Shown here one piece after another: positions 48,715 through 63,890 of a stretch of DNA of 64,000 nucleotides. Source of the DNA: Entomortierella parvispora E1425. Taxonomy: Eukaryota > Fungi > Mortierellomycota. The stretch lies in assembly GCA_020891255.1 (NCBI GenBank), contig BQFW01000014.1:2108001-2172000 (forward strand). The letters run 5' to 3'. The notes beneath the pieces were generated by a model. That model ran no database searches, was not told the DNA's origin, and worked only from the letters and a program-made list of their open reading frames with translations. The number at the start of each line of letters is the position of its first letter. Position 1 is the first letter of the stretch. The position numbers were made by a program, and so were the translations under genes.

Positions 48715-50581
48715 TCAGTCCAGGACCTTGAGCATCTCCTCCACAGTCAAGAACTTTTCTCTGGGCTTGCCAACTCTGGCTCCCAGCTCAAATTCCTTTT
48801 GTTCAATCTTTTTCCAATCTTGGTATGACACTGTCTTGTGTCCTTGGGCAGAGAGTTTCTCGAGGATGGCCTTGCCGCCAGCTTTAGGTGTTTCCTTGTT
48901 GGTGTTCAACATGGGTTCGCCACGGGTCCAGTCTGCGATGATGGTATCCGCTGTCTGGTAGGCATCGGCCATTGTCGTTGCAATCACGCCAATAGGTCCA
49001 CGCTTGAGCCATCCTGAGGCATAGAGTCCGGGAATCTGTATGGGCATATAAAAAAAGTGATCAGAAAGAGGTCCAACATAGGCATCGTGCCAGATTTGAT
49101 GACAGTAGTGTATCTTACAATATTTTGGTCCTTGTCCATGACCTTTCCGTCCATGTTTGGGACAATTCCCTTTCGTTCATCAAATGGCACTCCGTGAATG
49201 CCGATACTTTTGTAGCCAATACTTCTGAAAGCAAGTCCACACTTCAGGTTCTCCTGTTGCTCTGTAAGGATAGCCTTGCGGCTCTTGGCATCGCCCTCCA
49301 ATCTGTTGATACCTAATTGAATCGATTCCAACTCGTGCTGGTCGTTGCCATGGAAACCCAAAGGACTGCGCAAGAACATGAGTGTCCAAGATTTAGGTTG
49401 ATCGGGCTTTGATTCCTTGATACCCTTTTCCAGCAATCCCATAAGGCGCTTCCGAGGCCGATCCAACGACTTTCCAGCACGCTCCATCTCCGAGGCCAAC
49501 AGCTTTTCATCCATCCGGAAAGTGGTATTGGGTAACTGCAGCATTTCGCGCAGCTCCTTAGCAGTGAATGCGACCTATACAGAGATTGATTTGTTGATGT
49601 TATTGATTTGTTGTTTCTGTGGTACGCATAGTACCAAGCCATACACATGAATGCCATCCCAAAATCAAGAGGCGCATGAGAAGCAAAAAGTGCTTTTTCT
49701 TTTACCTCCAAGGGTCCGCGACGCCCAATCACGTAGACATGCTTGACAGCACTCTTTTCCAAGATCTTTACAGTCTTCTCGGTCAAGTCGGTCTTTTTCA
49801 ATTCCTCCAGAGGCGTCAACAAGATTCTCGCCACATCCAAAGCCACGTTTCCTTGACCGATCACGACGGCCGTGTCGCTGCGACTCAAATCAACGGGCAG
49901 ATCCTGCTCGCTGGGAAGACCATTGTAAAATCCAACAAAGGATCGGGCTGCCATGACACCCTTCAGTTTTTCTTCGTTAGAGACGCCCAAAATTCGATCT
50001 TCGTGGGCTCCATAGGCCAAGAGGACGGCGTCGTAGTGTGGCCGAAGATCTGCAATTTCAAGATTAGCCTTCCTGGATCCTGGTGTCACAAAAGTTCCCA
50101 CAGTGGTGTTGCCAATGAAAGTGAAGTTTGGGTTTTCTGCAACCTCGTCAAATGTGTTGATGACATTCTACAGGTATAGAAGGGCATAATAGGTGGATGA
50201 TAAGTTTAGGAGGATTATCGTAAAGAGAGAAAAACATCTTCCCAGGAGCATCCCGTTTGATACCTTCACTTCGGGATGATCAGGGGCCACGCCAAATCGG
50301 ACGAGACCGTGTGGGACTGGCAGAGCTTCAAACATGTCGACGGTTGCCTGGGGGACATGCTTCAAGATTCTATGGGCAGTGTAGAATCCTCCAGGGCCAC
50401 TCCCAATGACGGCGACCCTGAAAGGCCGCGAAGTCCTGTCGGTAGTAGCGGCGGCTGTGTTCTCGGTAGTGACTCGGGTAGAGGTGGACAGAGCCCTGAG
50501 AGAACAAGGACGTGCAGCACTGATGCGGGTCGAGTGACCGACGGCGCGGGCGATGAAGGAGAGTCGCATCAGCATCAGCAT
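48715..50581 (-). CDS. ARH1: Mitochondrial NADPH:adrenodoxin (ferredoxin) oxidoreductase, multi-exon
   Basis: VAVIGSGPGGFY; PHGLVRFGVAPDHPEVK; IGQGNVALDVARILL; GRRGP; SIGYKS; GWLKRGPIGVIATTM; KPREKF. Confidence 0.95.
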
Positions 50582-51000
50582 GCGCGGCAGATAAAAAAGA
50601 GGAGGGTGGAATGAAGAGAGAGGAATGAAAGGAACAACGGCACAAAGGAATGAAGGGAATGCGAGAGACAGGGGCAGGCAGGCAAAGGTGAAGATCAGCT
50701 CAGCTCAGCGCAGCACTGAAGGAAAGAAGGAAAGACGGAAAGAAAGAAGCAAGAAAAAGTGACTGCGTGGGGAAACAATTCAAAGAGGAACGAAATTCCC
50801 TTTTCTTCTGTCTCTCTTTCTCTTCTTTCTCTTTTTCTTCTTCTTCTCTTTTTCTTCTTCTTCTCTTTTTCCTTTTCCCGTTTTGATGGCCCAACCCTTC
50901 CTCTGCCTTTCGCTCAGTCTTTTGTCTGCTGTTCGCTGACACTTGCTCTTCTCTTCTTTCTTTCATTCTTTCACTCTCATCTACACTCTCACCACCCACC

Positions 51001-51654
51001 ATGCCTATCAAGGATTACCAGCGCGAGTTCATCCAGTTCGCCATCAAGAACGAGGTCCTCAAGTTTGGCGAGTTCACGCTCAAGTCTGGCCGTATCTCCC
51101 CTTACTTCCTCAATGCCGGTCTCTTCAACACCGGTGCCTCGCTCTCAAAGATTGGCAAGTTCTACGCTGCTGCCGTCCATGACTCTGGCATCGAGCACGA
51201 CATCATCTTTGGACCTGCCTACAAGGGTGTTCCTTTGGCCTGCACCACCGTCATTGCTTTGGCCGAGGCTCCCTACAACAAGGATACCCCTTACTGCTTC
51301 AACCGCAAGGAGAAGAAGGACCACGGTGAGGGTGGCACCATCGTCGGCTCGCCCTTGAAGGGCAGAGTCTTGGTGATTGACGACGTGATCACGGCCGGCA
51401 CCGCCATCCGCGAGTCTGTCCAGATCATTGAGGACTGCAAGGCTCAATTGGCCGGTGTCCTTGTGGCTGTTGATCGTCAGGAGACTGGCAAGAACGGCGA
51501 CATGTCTGCGATCCAGGAGGTTGAGCGCGACTTTGGAGTGCCCGTGAAGGCGATTGTGACCATGTCTCATATCATGGAGTACATGGAGGAGCAGGGCACG
51601 TATGGCGAGCACCTGGCCCAGATGCGCGCCTACCGCGAGAAGTACGGCGTTTAA
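51001..51654 (+). CDS. URA5: Orotate phosphoribosyltransferase, intronless
   Basis: [21 protein letters not shown]; [10 protein letters not shown]; [12 protein letters not shown]; PRPP motif [13 protein letters not shown]. Confidence 0.97.
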   Translation: MPIKDYQREFIQFAIKNEVLKFGEFTLKSGRISPYFLNAGLFNTGASLSKIGKFYAAAVHDSGIEHDIIFGPAYKGVPLACTTVIALAEAPYNKDTPYCFNRKEKKDHGEGGTIVGSPLKGRVLVIDDVITAGTAIRESVQIIEDCKAQLAGVLVAVDRQETGKNGDMSAIQEVERDFGVPVKAIVTMSHIMEYMEEQGTYGEHLAQMRAYREKYGV

Positions 51655-51934
51655 GCGAACACTTGTTCTTGTACAGATAATAAACCCCAAGTTTTGTCCA
51701 CACACATGCACCGCACGGTTTCTTTGTTTGTGTTGTGTTGTTGCAGGTGAATACATAAAGGCGGGGGATCAGACCAAAAAAAAAAAAAAGAGACGGCAAA
51801 ACAGAAACAAAACGCGGTCACACACCAAAGAAAACAAAAAAAAAACACTTGCCATTCCGTTCTTTCTTTGCTTTCTTCTTCTTCTCCATTCGTTCTTTCC
51901 CACACACCCATTCACCCATCCCCTCCTATCTACA

Positions 51935-53510
<1,576 letters not shown>

Positions 53511-53658
53511 ATAATATTCTTTTTTTTTGTATCGAAACCCCACCTTGTCCATAAATTTCATAAACATCATCTTTTTGCATACAAATTCCATCTCTTCCTC
53601 TGAAGAAGCGCCATGTGAGATACGCGGTTATGAGAGTGTCTGTGTTTATTCCTCATTT

Positions 53659-54952
53659 TTACAACTTGGCGAGAACAGCTGGGGCGCCAGACACGGAAAC
53701 ACCAAACCTATATGAGCCAACGAAAAGAAATGGACGCGATAGTTAGTATCTAAACAACACCGCATTTCTAGATGAGTAAAATGAGAAAGGGTCCTGCTGC
53801 TGCGCTCGTACTTTGTCTCAACACCAATGTAGGTGACCTTCATGTCCTCCACGACCATGGCGAAGCGCTTTGATCGGACGGCGCCCATGCCGACCTTGGT
53901 AAGATCTAGGTGACGAGAAATGATTGAAAAACAGGGGCCATAGTCAGATATACAAAAAAAAAAAAAAAAAAAAAAAAAATGCGGGTTGACTATTAACGTG
54001 GACTCGAGCTGTCAGTTTCAGCATCTCTTCCTTACCTTGGTCGAGTCCACAGGCCTTGACAAACTCTCCGTTGCCATCTGCAGCCATGATGACCTTGTCG
54101 CTCACGTTCGTGCGCTTGCCCCAAGCATCCATGACACTGGAACAGTATAAAGCATGAAAAAAATAAAAATTGTGAGTTGGGGATGCTCGAATCGAAGCTT
54201 TCTCAGCATCCGGTTGGCAGACACACAAGACAGAGGGTGGATGGTGCAGTCAAAGTCGTATAGAGATCACACGTACAAGGCGTCGGCGGTACTGATGCAG
54301 ACAACTTGCTCAATGCCCTTCTTGGCCAAATCCTGGTACTTGGCATGGTAACTAGAAATAGAGAAACAAGGTGAGGGAGGAGATTAGATCCTAATGTCGT
54401 CTTGACTGGCGGCTTTTCTCTAAATTCCTGATCGACGCTCTCTAAACTCCTGATCGCCGGTCTCTCTTACTCTGGAAGATGATCGTTGTTACAGGTGGGT
54501 GTGAATGCTCCAGGTACTCCAAAGATGACAACTTTCTTGCCCTTGAAAGAGTCGGTGCTCAAGTTCTGAGGGACACCGCAGGCATCCTTGAGCTCGGGGT
54601 CATAGGGGCTAGGTTGTTTGTGATCACAATAAAAAAAAAAAAGAGTCAGCGGCTGGACTCGGTACAGATCGATCCGGACAGTTGGCCTTTTTCTATTTTG
54701 CTGTATGGTTCCTTACCAGTACTTGAGCGTAACAGTAGGGAGAGTGTCACCGACCTTGATCTGCTGCAAAGAGACACGATAGACGATGGATAGTGGTTGC
54801 GAGTTTTGTCAATACCGATCGAGTAAAAGTAGCGGACAAAGGGGGAAGGTCGAACGGGAACCATTCCCATCCATTCGTGCAGCCATGAACGATGCACTGT
54901 GTTCATTCGAGTGATTAACAGGGATGAGAATGAGCATTCTTACTTGAGTCAT
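53659..54952 (-). CDS. AHP1: Peroxiredoxin-5 / Ahp1 / Pmp20-type (Redoxin), multi-exon
   Basis: MTQ|IKVGDTLP; KKVVIFGVPGAFTPTC; VMDAWG; ADGNGEF; RSKRFAMVVED; ends ...AVLAKL. Confidence 0.9.
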
Positions 54953-55316
54953 TGTGGAAGAGAGAGAGGAGAGAGGAGAGGAGAGGTATACAGCCAAGGG
55001 TGGAGAGTGGGGGTGAATAAGCAGCAGCAGAAGAAGAGAGTGAACCGAGAAGAAAGATCCGCACCCACTTTTTCCCCTTTGCCCTGTCCAACCTTGAATC
55101 GGTGTCTCTCCGAGCCCGCGCGATCACAGCCGAAATTGGCCGGCTGGACGCGTCCCGTCCCCGCCCCGCGGGCAAGGCCCTGGTTGTATGTGTTTGACCT
55201 GCAGTATAGTACCTAGCCTAGGGCAGATCTACAAAAGTGCTCATATCGACGTTCTCCACCTCCACAGCACATCTGTTTTCTAAAAGAAACTTTGTTGTAA
55301 AGACTAAGGGCTACTA

Positions 55317-56811
55317 TCACTCGCTGACAGACTTGAACCGGTCCTCCTCAGCATCCTCGCCTGGCTCCTCGTCTTCAGCCTTGGGTGTTACCAGTCCATG
55401 AGGATCCTGTACAATGTTCTCCATCCTGGCGAGGACAGCCTGGGAAACAAAAAGCAGGCATTTTAAGAAAGACTGTATTAGAAAGGCAGGACAGACAATA
55501 ACAAAAGTCGCGGCGCATGGATGCTTTTTGCTGGGTTGGGTGGTGCAGGTCGATGCCGCCAATATCACCGTTATCGCCCCTTATTTAATGAGTTTTTTTT
55601 TCCAAAGAGACATTGACATGCCCTTCCCTCCTTACTGTTTGGATGGATAAAGTGTCCTTGTCGCTCTTTTTTCTACTCTTCAATAAACCCTCCACATCTT
55701 TGACCTTGCTTCCTGATGACTCTCCTCAGTGAAAGCTTCCGAGTTCTGACCATTGTTCTCTGATGATCCAGTAGTTCCTGTGGACACATCCATGTTGGTA
55801 TCATGCCCTTCTTCCCGTCCACGTTTTCCCGAAACTGCAGACGTGTTGTTTCCATTGCCTTCTTGCTGCTGTTTTTGTGAGGCGCTAGCTCTTTCATTCC
55901 ACTGCTGGAGCATTACCTGTCCTTGTTCACTCAGCTCAAACTTTGCATCCGTCTCAGGGTTGCCAGTGTACCACTCTCCACTCTGCAAGTCGATGGCAGG
56001 CACTTGATCGACGGTATCATCAGAAGCCTCAGCATGTCCAATGGCGGTCGCACTGCTGGATTTTGGGATGTATCCTCCTTGAATATCTGCGTCGGCATAG
56101 AGACCCTCATGATCGTTCACATCATCATAGTAATCATCCTCGTCCATGTCATAATCCTGCTCTGCATCTTCATCCTGGTGGAGGGAAGCACAGTAGGAAA
56201 GGTTTTCGTATATGGTATCCACTATACAGCAAAAAGAAAATAATTGACGTGAATTTTTAAAAAAAAAAGTCAGTATTTGACGTTCAAGGATCGAAAAAAG
56301 GCAGTTCAGTTGAAATAGCTTACAAGATGACACGTCGGCAGGCACAAAGCTGAGCTCCAAAACAGCATCCTCGTCCATCTCTTCCTCGTCGGCATCTCCG
56401 TTTTGCTCAGATGTAGGTGCAGGTCCCTTGGAGGACTCGAAAGAGGTCAAAGAGCCTTCCAACTGGCAGTAGATACTGGGTCCCACATGAGATTCGCGTG
56501 CGATGGCGTGGATGATGATGGACAAGTAAGGGATAGCAAAGCCAGTCTGCGACACGGTCGAGTAAAAGTACAGGCACCTACAGATGATTAAGAGCAGTTA
56601 GCATCTCCAGTAGCCGAAAATAACAAGCGCAAGGTTAGGAAGCTAGCCAAACAAAAAAAAAGAAAGTGACCTACTCGTCAGCGATGTAAAGGGTGCCAGG
56701 GTTCTGGATCAGCTGGGATGCAGGCGTGACATGGAGCGTGACATTAGGCTGCGTGTGGCGGATATGGGCCTCTGTAGCCGATGGCTCCTGGCGGATGAGA
56801 GTGATGGTCAT
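55317..56811 (-). CDS. LOT5: pICln / Lot5 (Voldacs domain, methylosome subunit), multi-exon
   Basis: GTLYIADE; GFAIPYLSIIIHAIAR; IYCQL; ELSFVP; IYENLSYCASLHQD; acidic tail. Confidence 0.8.
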
Positions 56812-57195
56812 GCTGTGCGTGTGTGCGTGTGTGTGAGGTGGCGATGCGGATGCAGAAAGAGCAGAGAGAGAGAGAGGGAAGAGAGCGACCAGGAAGAGAG
56901 AGATCACCCCAGAAAGAGAAAAAGAAAAAAGAATAAAAAAGAGGTCACGTGTGTGATCTGCGCTCTGTTCGCTCTGTTCGCTCTGTTCGCTCCTGCTCTC
57001 TCTCGTCAATGTTCTCCCGCCGCTTCAACTCGCCTTCAACGGACGGACCCTTTCCTGTTCTTCTTTTCTTCTTTTCTTCTTTCTTCTGTGCCCTTTTCCC
57101 CATTCGCGTTTCTCCATCGGCTCATCGCCCTTCCATTCCTCTTTTCCCTCTTCTCATATTCTCATTCCCCGCTCTTTCCTCTCCTCTCTGAAAAA

Positions 57196-58938
57196 ATGAC
57201 CGTCTACACCCTCGACTACCAAACCTTCCTGAGTGACTCGTCCAAGGCACGAAAGCCCAGTGCCAGTAAGTCTGCTTGTCCTGCATACCTTGTTGTTGGG
57301 TGATCGCCACATCACCCTTTGCGCCTACTCTCGACTGACAGCCCTGTACTTGTTCACCTAGTCCGACGCCTCATCCCCTTGACAAAGCTGCCGGGAATGG
57401 TACAAAGCGCTCTTTCGTCAAGTCAAGAGCAAAGATCAGCAGTCATATCGTATCTTGATTGAATCTACGATTAACCCTGTTTGTTCGTTCCTTTCGGCTC
57501 TAGATCTCGCTCGGTGCTGGCGCCCCTAATTCGGATCTCTTTCCCTTCGAGGGCATCAGCATCTCTCTCAAGAACGGAGAATCCCTCAAGATTGACGACA
57601 AGGTCTTGAACGAATCCTTGACCTACGGACCTTCTGTACGTTAGATCTTCTTTTGACTATGATGTGTATGGGTTCCTCAATCACGCCACTCATATGCCCT
57701 TTCTTGCACTATTGATCGACACATTTATCATCCAGGATGGAATTCCCCAGTTAAACAACTGGCTCAGGGAGCTGCAAACACTCCAGCATGCTCCCCCACG
57801 AGCCTTTGGACTGACAATCGGAACCGGCTCGCAGGATTTGGTCACCAAAGGCCTTCAGATGTTGATCTCGCCCGGTGATAATGTCCTTTTCGAATCGCCT
57901 GGCTATGTGGGCGTCATTGCCTTCTTGAGGCATCAGCCCTGCAATCTCGTCGGTAATGCTCCTTTCCTTTTTGTTATTATTATTATTATGCTCGCCCAAA
58001 GGACATGTTCTAATCCGAGATATCGGTCATTGCCGCTAGACGTCAGTCTGGATTCACATGGAGTGATACCAGCCAAACTTCGGGAGCAATTGGACAACTG
58101 GCCTGCTGACAAGAGAAAACCCAAACTTTTGTACACGGTCCCTGTGGGAGGCAACCCAACAGGCGTGAGCCAGACACTGGAACGTAAGAAGGAGATCTAC
58201 GAAATTGCCAGACAGCACAATCTTTTGATTTTGGAGGACGATCCTTACTTTTACCTTCAGTTTGGAGAAAAGATCCCATCCTACTTTTCAATGGACGTGG
58301 ATGGTCGCGTCCTGCGATTTGATAGCATGTCCAAGATTCTGTCGTCTGGACTCCGCGTGGGATGGGCCACAGGTCCTGTCGAGCTGATCAATGTTATGAA
58401 CTTGGTCACACAGGTGAGCTGACGTTGCTTCAATGTGCTGTGTCTTGTCGTCCAGAGGTGAAGCTAACAGAACGTGATTTTTTTTGATGGTGCCCCGTTG
58501 TGTTGGCAGACCAGCAACCTTCAGTCGTCTAGCGTCTCTCAGGCTATTACATATACGCTCGTCGACTCTTGGGGTCACCAAGGATTTTTGGACCATGCTC
58601 AGAAGGTAGCATCGTTCTACAAAGACCGGTGCGCCAAGTTCTGTGGCTATGCATCAAAGCACCTGAAGGGTCTTGCTCAGTGGGTGGAGCCAGACGCGGG
58701 CATGTTTGTCTGGTTCTACTTGCAGGGGATTGAAGACTCACTGGACTTGATCTTGAACAAGGCCGTGGAGAAGAAGGTCCTGCTTGTGCCTGGCATCGAG
58801 TTCTTTTGCCATCCTCAAGAGAATGGACCCAGTGCCTTTGTCAGGGCTTCGTTCTCGAACGTCTCGGACCAGGAGATGGATCTCGGACTGGAAAGACTAG
58901 CCAGTCTTTTGAGGGAGCAGATTGAGCTGCAGAAGTAG
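57196..58938 (+). CDS. ARO8: PLP-dependent aromatic / 2-aminoadipate aminotransferase (Aro8/AADAT-like), multi-exon
   Basis: ARKPSAIR; ISLGAGAPN; GNPTG; ILEDDPYFYL; VLRFDSMSKILSSGLRVGW; PDAGMF; VRASFS. Confidence 0.88.
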
Positions 58939-59076
58939 TTGCGAGTCCAAATAAATCATGCTTCTCGAGCCAACGGTTCATTTGTGTCCTAAGCCACTGC
59001 GCGGCTGGGGAGGCGAGCTGGGTTTGGACCGTGCTGTCGCGTGGAGGATGCATGCATGTTGCACTAACAGCACCGA

Positions 59077-59996
59077 ATGCCATCCACTCCTCCATCTGAC
59101 GACCATCAGCCCCGTCTGCCTCATGGAGCTGGAGCAAGAGCACTGGATGCCTCCAAGGACAGCCATCCCCTGACTGGGACCAAGCCTAGCACAAGAGGAG
59201 ACGGAGCGGCCGCTCCCCCCACGGTGCCAGCAGGAACAGGAACAGGAACAGTAGCAGGAACGGGAACAGAAGCGGGAGCGGAGACTGCGGCTGGACCATC
59301 GTCACCGGAAACCATCTCCCCTTATAGTTCCTGGTCGGTACCCTCCCTTGAGAACCTCTTCTCGTCTCGTCGAGCATCCTCTTTTGGACTACGATACAAC
59401 TTTGCTTCCTCTGCTCAAGCTGCTGCACTTTCTGGGAACAGTAGCGGTGGAAGGATCTCACCGGCACCCAGCGGCATGTCCTCTATGATGGACGGAGCAT
59501 CTGGGTCCTCCATGCAGAGCAAGGCTCGAAAAAGTGAGTTGTGCTGAGAAACAGACCCCCCCCCCCCCGCCTTCTTTCAGCGCTTGAGATTTTACTTTTG
59601 AATTCTGACATTTTTTTTTGTCTGTTGTATGACTCGATAAGTGTCTGTTCATATGTCGGAGAGCGTTACCAGCGTATTGAACGATGTGTCGCTAGTGCTG
59701 TACAGAGTTAACGAACATATTCACAAGAAGGTGCCTATCCTCGTGCAAGAGAAGGTAAAGACAGGATGCGTGAAAGTGAGCTGGCAGGGTCTTTTTGGGA
59801 AGCAAGACACGAACCTGACATATAGCCCTTACATCCCATGCAGAGGGCTTTATCCAATCTAGGGGCCGATGTTGAACGAGCTAACCAGGACATGGAGGAT
59901 GCGCGGCTCACGCTGACCAGCCTGAGGCGGATATCTGAACTGGGCACAATCGAAGCCCTTGTCAAGCGTGCGCTTGTCGCTTCCCAGTCTCAGTAG
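59077..59996 (+). CDS. BORC subunit 8 (BORCS8/MEF2BNB)-like protein with a low-complexity N-terminus
   Basis: VLNDVSLVLYRVNEHIHKKVP resembles the BORCS8 core (SVALYRLQEHVRRSLP, recalled); final coiled-coil exon ends at tag 59994-59996. Confidence 0.6.
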
Positions 59997-60362
59997 TTGA
60001 GATGAGTCGAACTGAAATATAGGCTATTTACATGAACATCATACGGGTTTCTTTATTGACAGCCAGTGCAGTTTTTTTTTCTGAATCTGTTACGCTTGAT
60101 CCTTTGACACGTTTGAGGTGCGTTGATGTGCGATTTTTGTTTTCCCCATACGGCTTTCCCTTTGACGCTATCTCTCGATCTGGTTCCGCTGGTCAAACGA
60201 ACGTGTCGGTCGGTGGGTGGGGCGTTCAAAGGCTTCTTCGATATTCGCACTGTCGAGATTGAGACTTGATGTTGGGATGGTTTGCTCCAGTCATGAATTT
60301 CTCCAGCATCATGGCCTATCAGAGCCCAATACGCCACCCGATCCGACCTTATTACAACACAG

Positions 60363-63300
60363 CTAAAGAAGTTTCCTCAGCTCCTCGGCAATACCGGGTA
60401 AGGGTTGAAATAACATTTCCAGCATGGTTTCATCAATGTACATGACAACATCATCGCCTTCCACTCGACACCCACCTCGATCCGACCCGTCAGTACTTGA
60501 AGCCAGGCCAGGCAATACGAAATGAATGCGAAGGGAGCCTTGATGATCACTGAATCTATTCAGTTGCAGTAATTTGTCAACCAACTTCTGGCTACTAACG
60601 ATTCCTGTTTTCGCGTGGTAGGCCAAGGCCCATTTTGTGGAGTTTCTGTCATCTTCAATTGTGTTTGATCCTGACATCGGTGCGCTGAAGAACTTTGCAC
60701 TGAACAGTAGGGTCCAGTATTGGTTCAGAGGGCGACCGTTAATACTTCCAATGTACACACCATCAGGTCGCATGATATTGGCAGGCTGAAGAATATAGTT
60801 CCGGCGTGCCGGATCCCTTATCAGGAAGTCGATAATATCCACGTCGTCTTCATGAGGTACGTTATACATCTGATTGCACAGGTTAGCATCTCCAAAGGAT
60901 GACACTTTGAAAGTAGCATCTCGCATCCATCCCGGTAGTGCTGCTTGAACCAGAATCTTGGGTCGTGCTAGAAAATGTGATGAAAGCCTTCATGTTAACT
61001 AATTACAGAAAATTCATATTCAGATAACATCGCAATCAGGTACCTTGATCTTTCACTCTCATTATCTCATTGTCACTGTAAAAAATATGAACAAGGTCCG
61101 AGACACGCTTGCCGTCGTAGTCCAATAGTCGGGACATGATAAGGTATTCCCATGCTTTGCCTTTTGAAGTGTCGAGGGCTTTGGTGGATAAAGCCAATTT
61201 CGTGAACAGATTGAGAATGAGCGTTGTACTAGGTTGGAAGTACCGGGGGCTAAGCGCTGAAATGACTGTCCTGACCGCCACGAGTTCGTCGACCTTGATG
61301 AACAATCCGTTTGGCGAAGTCTTCACAAAGGCAATACCGCAATTCACAAGGCGGGTCCTATCATCATTAACTTCTCCTAATGGAACAGATCCCCCGAAAA
61401 ATCTGGATATCAAACTGGCAGTCAGTCTTCCATACTTCGTGCAACGAAATGCTATAATAAGAATTAATGCAGCATATACCGGCATGAGATGAAGAGGTCT
61501 TCCAAAATGCTTTTCATGGGACTGTCGCAAGGATCCTCCGAGTCGATGTATCTTTTAGCCAAATCTTGGAGACGGGTGGTCAACCGCCCTTCAACGGCCC
61601 TTAGCGCTGTTGAAACTGCCTTTTCCAATATCCACTGCTTCGTTTGAGACTTTCCATAATTCTTCTCTGCCTGTACAGTCTCTAGTAACAACCGAGAAGC
61701 TAGACGAGGACGGCCGGCAAGGTATTTCCACTCTTCAATCGCTGTGAAGTCACAATCCGAGAAGTCTAAGTACTTCTGTATGTAAGCTTCGACCTCAGCT
61801 ATCGACAGCGGCTTATAATCTGAAATGAAGTTCTCGGACACCCCCTTGCCAATGTCGCCCTTAACTTTCCGACCATGCTGGTGGGGCTGGTGGGTAGTTG
61901 AGGTGCCAGCAATAAGTACAGGAATTGGGTATGGTACGATATGTTTCAACAACGGTGCAATAATGCCTCTTCCGTGATCCTTGTGGTTCTTAAATTGTCC
62001 ATCAAAGAGGTTGCTACCGACAGTAGCTTCGTCAATCGCAATGGCAAACTGGAAATTTGTTACCGAGGCCTAAACATCACAGAAATAATTCGGTTATTTT
62101 GTATTATACGTAGCATTAAAATTATGAGATTCTTTTCACGATACCTTCAGCCGAGCGAAAGCCATTTCAAAGAAAATTCTTAAGGTATCGTAGTCCAACT
62201 CGTCTAGGCAATTACTGATCTCCATGATGGACTGTTGTCCATCGTTCAGTTGAGAGAGTAGATAATCTCTGGGAGTGAGGTCCTTCTTCTTTTCAAACAT
62301 CAGTATGAGATGGAGGATTCGAGAAGTGAATTCCAGAGCAATAAGTCGATCAGCCTCTGCCTGGCCGTTCTTTGTAGATAATCCGGTCGTCACTGCCAAG
62401 TGTTGCATCCTCCAGTATAATCTCATGAAGTTTCGGTCCCCTGTTGGCTCGTCTCCGCTGAACAAAGGACTTCCGTCGTTGCATTCAACATACATCAAGA
62501 ACACAGAACTCCCCTCCCGCAATGCTACATCGAAAATAGACCGAGTTTTTCCAGCGCCTGACACTGCAAAAATCACATGCACCGTGGTAAATTTGCATAG
62601 CTTGGTGAGTTCCTTGCCCATGTCGCAAGGTCGATCGTTGAGGCGTAAATCCACAAAATCTGTACCACTAAATGGCACTTGAGACCCTGCCTTGCGAAAA
62701 CGACCAACACACTCCTGCAGGTGTATAGGATAGAGTTCGGGAGGGTCCCCAATCTTCACGGTTGAGTGAAGTTCTTTGAGCCAATGCTTCCATGTGTGTT
62801 GGACAAGTCTTGATCGCTTGGATGGCAACTCGTCTAATAAGAGTAAACAGCGATTATTATATAAATATCATTGTTATAAGAATATCCGCGTACAAAGGAA
62901 TAAACAGATTACTCACTCATCTCATCGTCTTCTTCGTAGTTTCTTTTCTTGGCTATAGAAGAAAAGCGAAAACATGGTTGAATTAATGGACATTACAATG
63001 CCACTGGAGGTAGTTAACTACCCGAGAGAGCCCAAATTGCTCTTCAATAGGACTGACGCTGGCTAGTAAGTGCGCTCGGGCCACGGTGGCCAGAATGCAG
63101 AAGATTTTCTTTAAGAGCTACTCTGCAATCTGGCCTCCGGCTAAACTCACACGCGGCAATACGAAAAAACTTGGGGCATACCTTTAGGCTTCTCAACAAG
63201 GACATGGATTGTGTCTGGCAAAACGATTTTAAACATCCTGGAAAGAGTCTCTGTTCCTTTGAGGAGTTTTTTGTCATCAAAACCGGCCGCTGTAATGGTT

Positions 63301-63509
63301 TCATCTTCTGTATCGTCCTTGACCAGTATCTCGACTCGCCAGAGAATCAAGTCTACGGCTTTGATTTCTTCAGATGGATTTGAAATCACCTTGAAGATAT
63401 CATCCTTGAGGTCACTGACGTCCGCATCTTTGTCCACAATTGTGACTTCGAAGGCCTTGGACGTGGGCTCGCCGCTGATGAGACAGAAGAGTGCGAGTGT
63501 GTCTTCCAT
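60363..63509 (-). CDS. Crinkler (CRN) effector-like protein: ubiquitin-like header + P-loop NTPase + nuclease-like C-terminus, multi-exon, apparently intact
   Basis: Header LALFCLISGEPTSKAF...VSDLK...LILWRV...TIHVLVEKP; Walker A AVSGAGKT; Walker B FAIAIDEA; LAGRPRL; C-terminal PDGVY...LLFSAKF...HFVLP. Most introns are phase-compatible; exon 2 is uncertain. Confidence 0.8.
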
Positions 63510-63639
63510 GGATGAGTGATTGCTAGCGGAAGCAGTGTGTGTGAATGGGAGATGGTTCCCCATTTCTTGGCGTCGCGTTAATACATATCGTCACGTGATA
63601 AGCACTGCCACACGACCACAACATCAACCAAAATTTGAA

Positions 63640-63890
63640 TCGACCTACTTCTGGTCCGACAAGGACCGAAAAAAAGGGTCTCCAGACCGAAGCCACGAAA
63701 GGAGCAGCGAGAACTCTCACAGATTCTTTGTGTCTGTGGATGGACCGTACAAGAACGAGTACTCCAGCTACAGGGAGTCGGCGGCGTTCCTAAAGGCTTA
63801 CGGCTCTGTTCTTGCAAAAGAGCGGTGTTTTTCGAGCAGATCCGTGAAGGCCAGGCCTGCAAAGAATACTACGACATCGACTGGACACTT
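63640..63890 (+). pseudogene. Frameshifted fragment of an archaeo-eukaryotic primase (PrimPol-like) gene
   Basis: FFVSVDGPYKNEYSSY...AFLKAY...ERC[F, frameshift in T5]FEQIREGQACKEYYDIDW, matching the AEP motif I pattern hE.h.e..pck.yfDxD/E. Confidence 0.55.
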
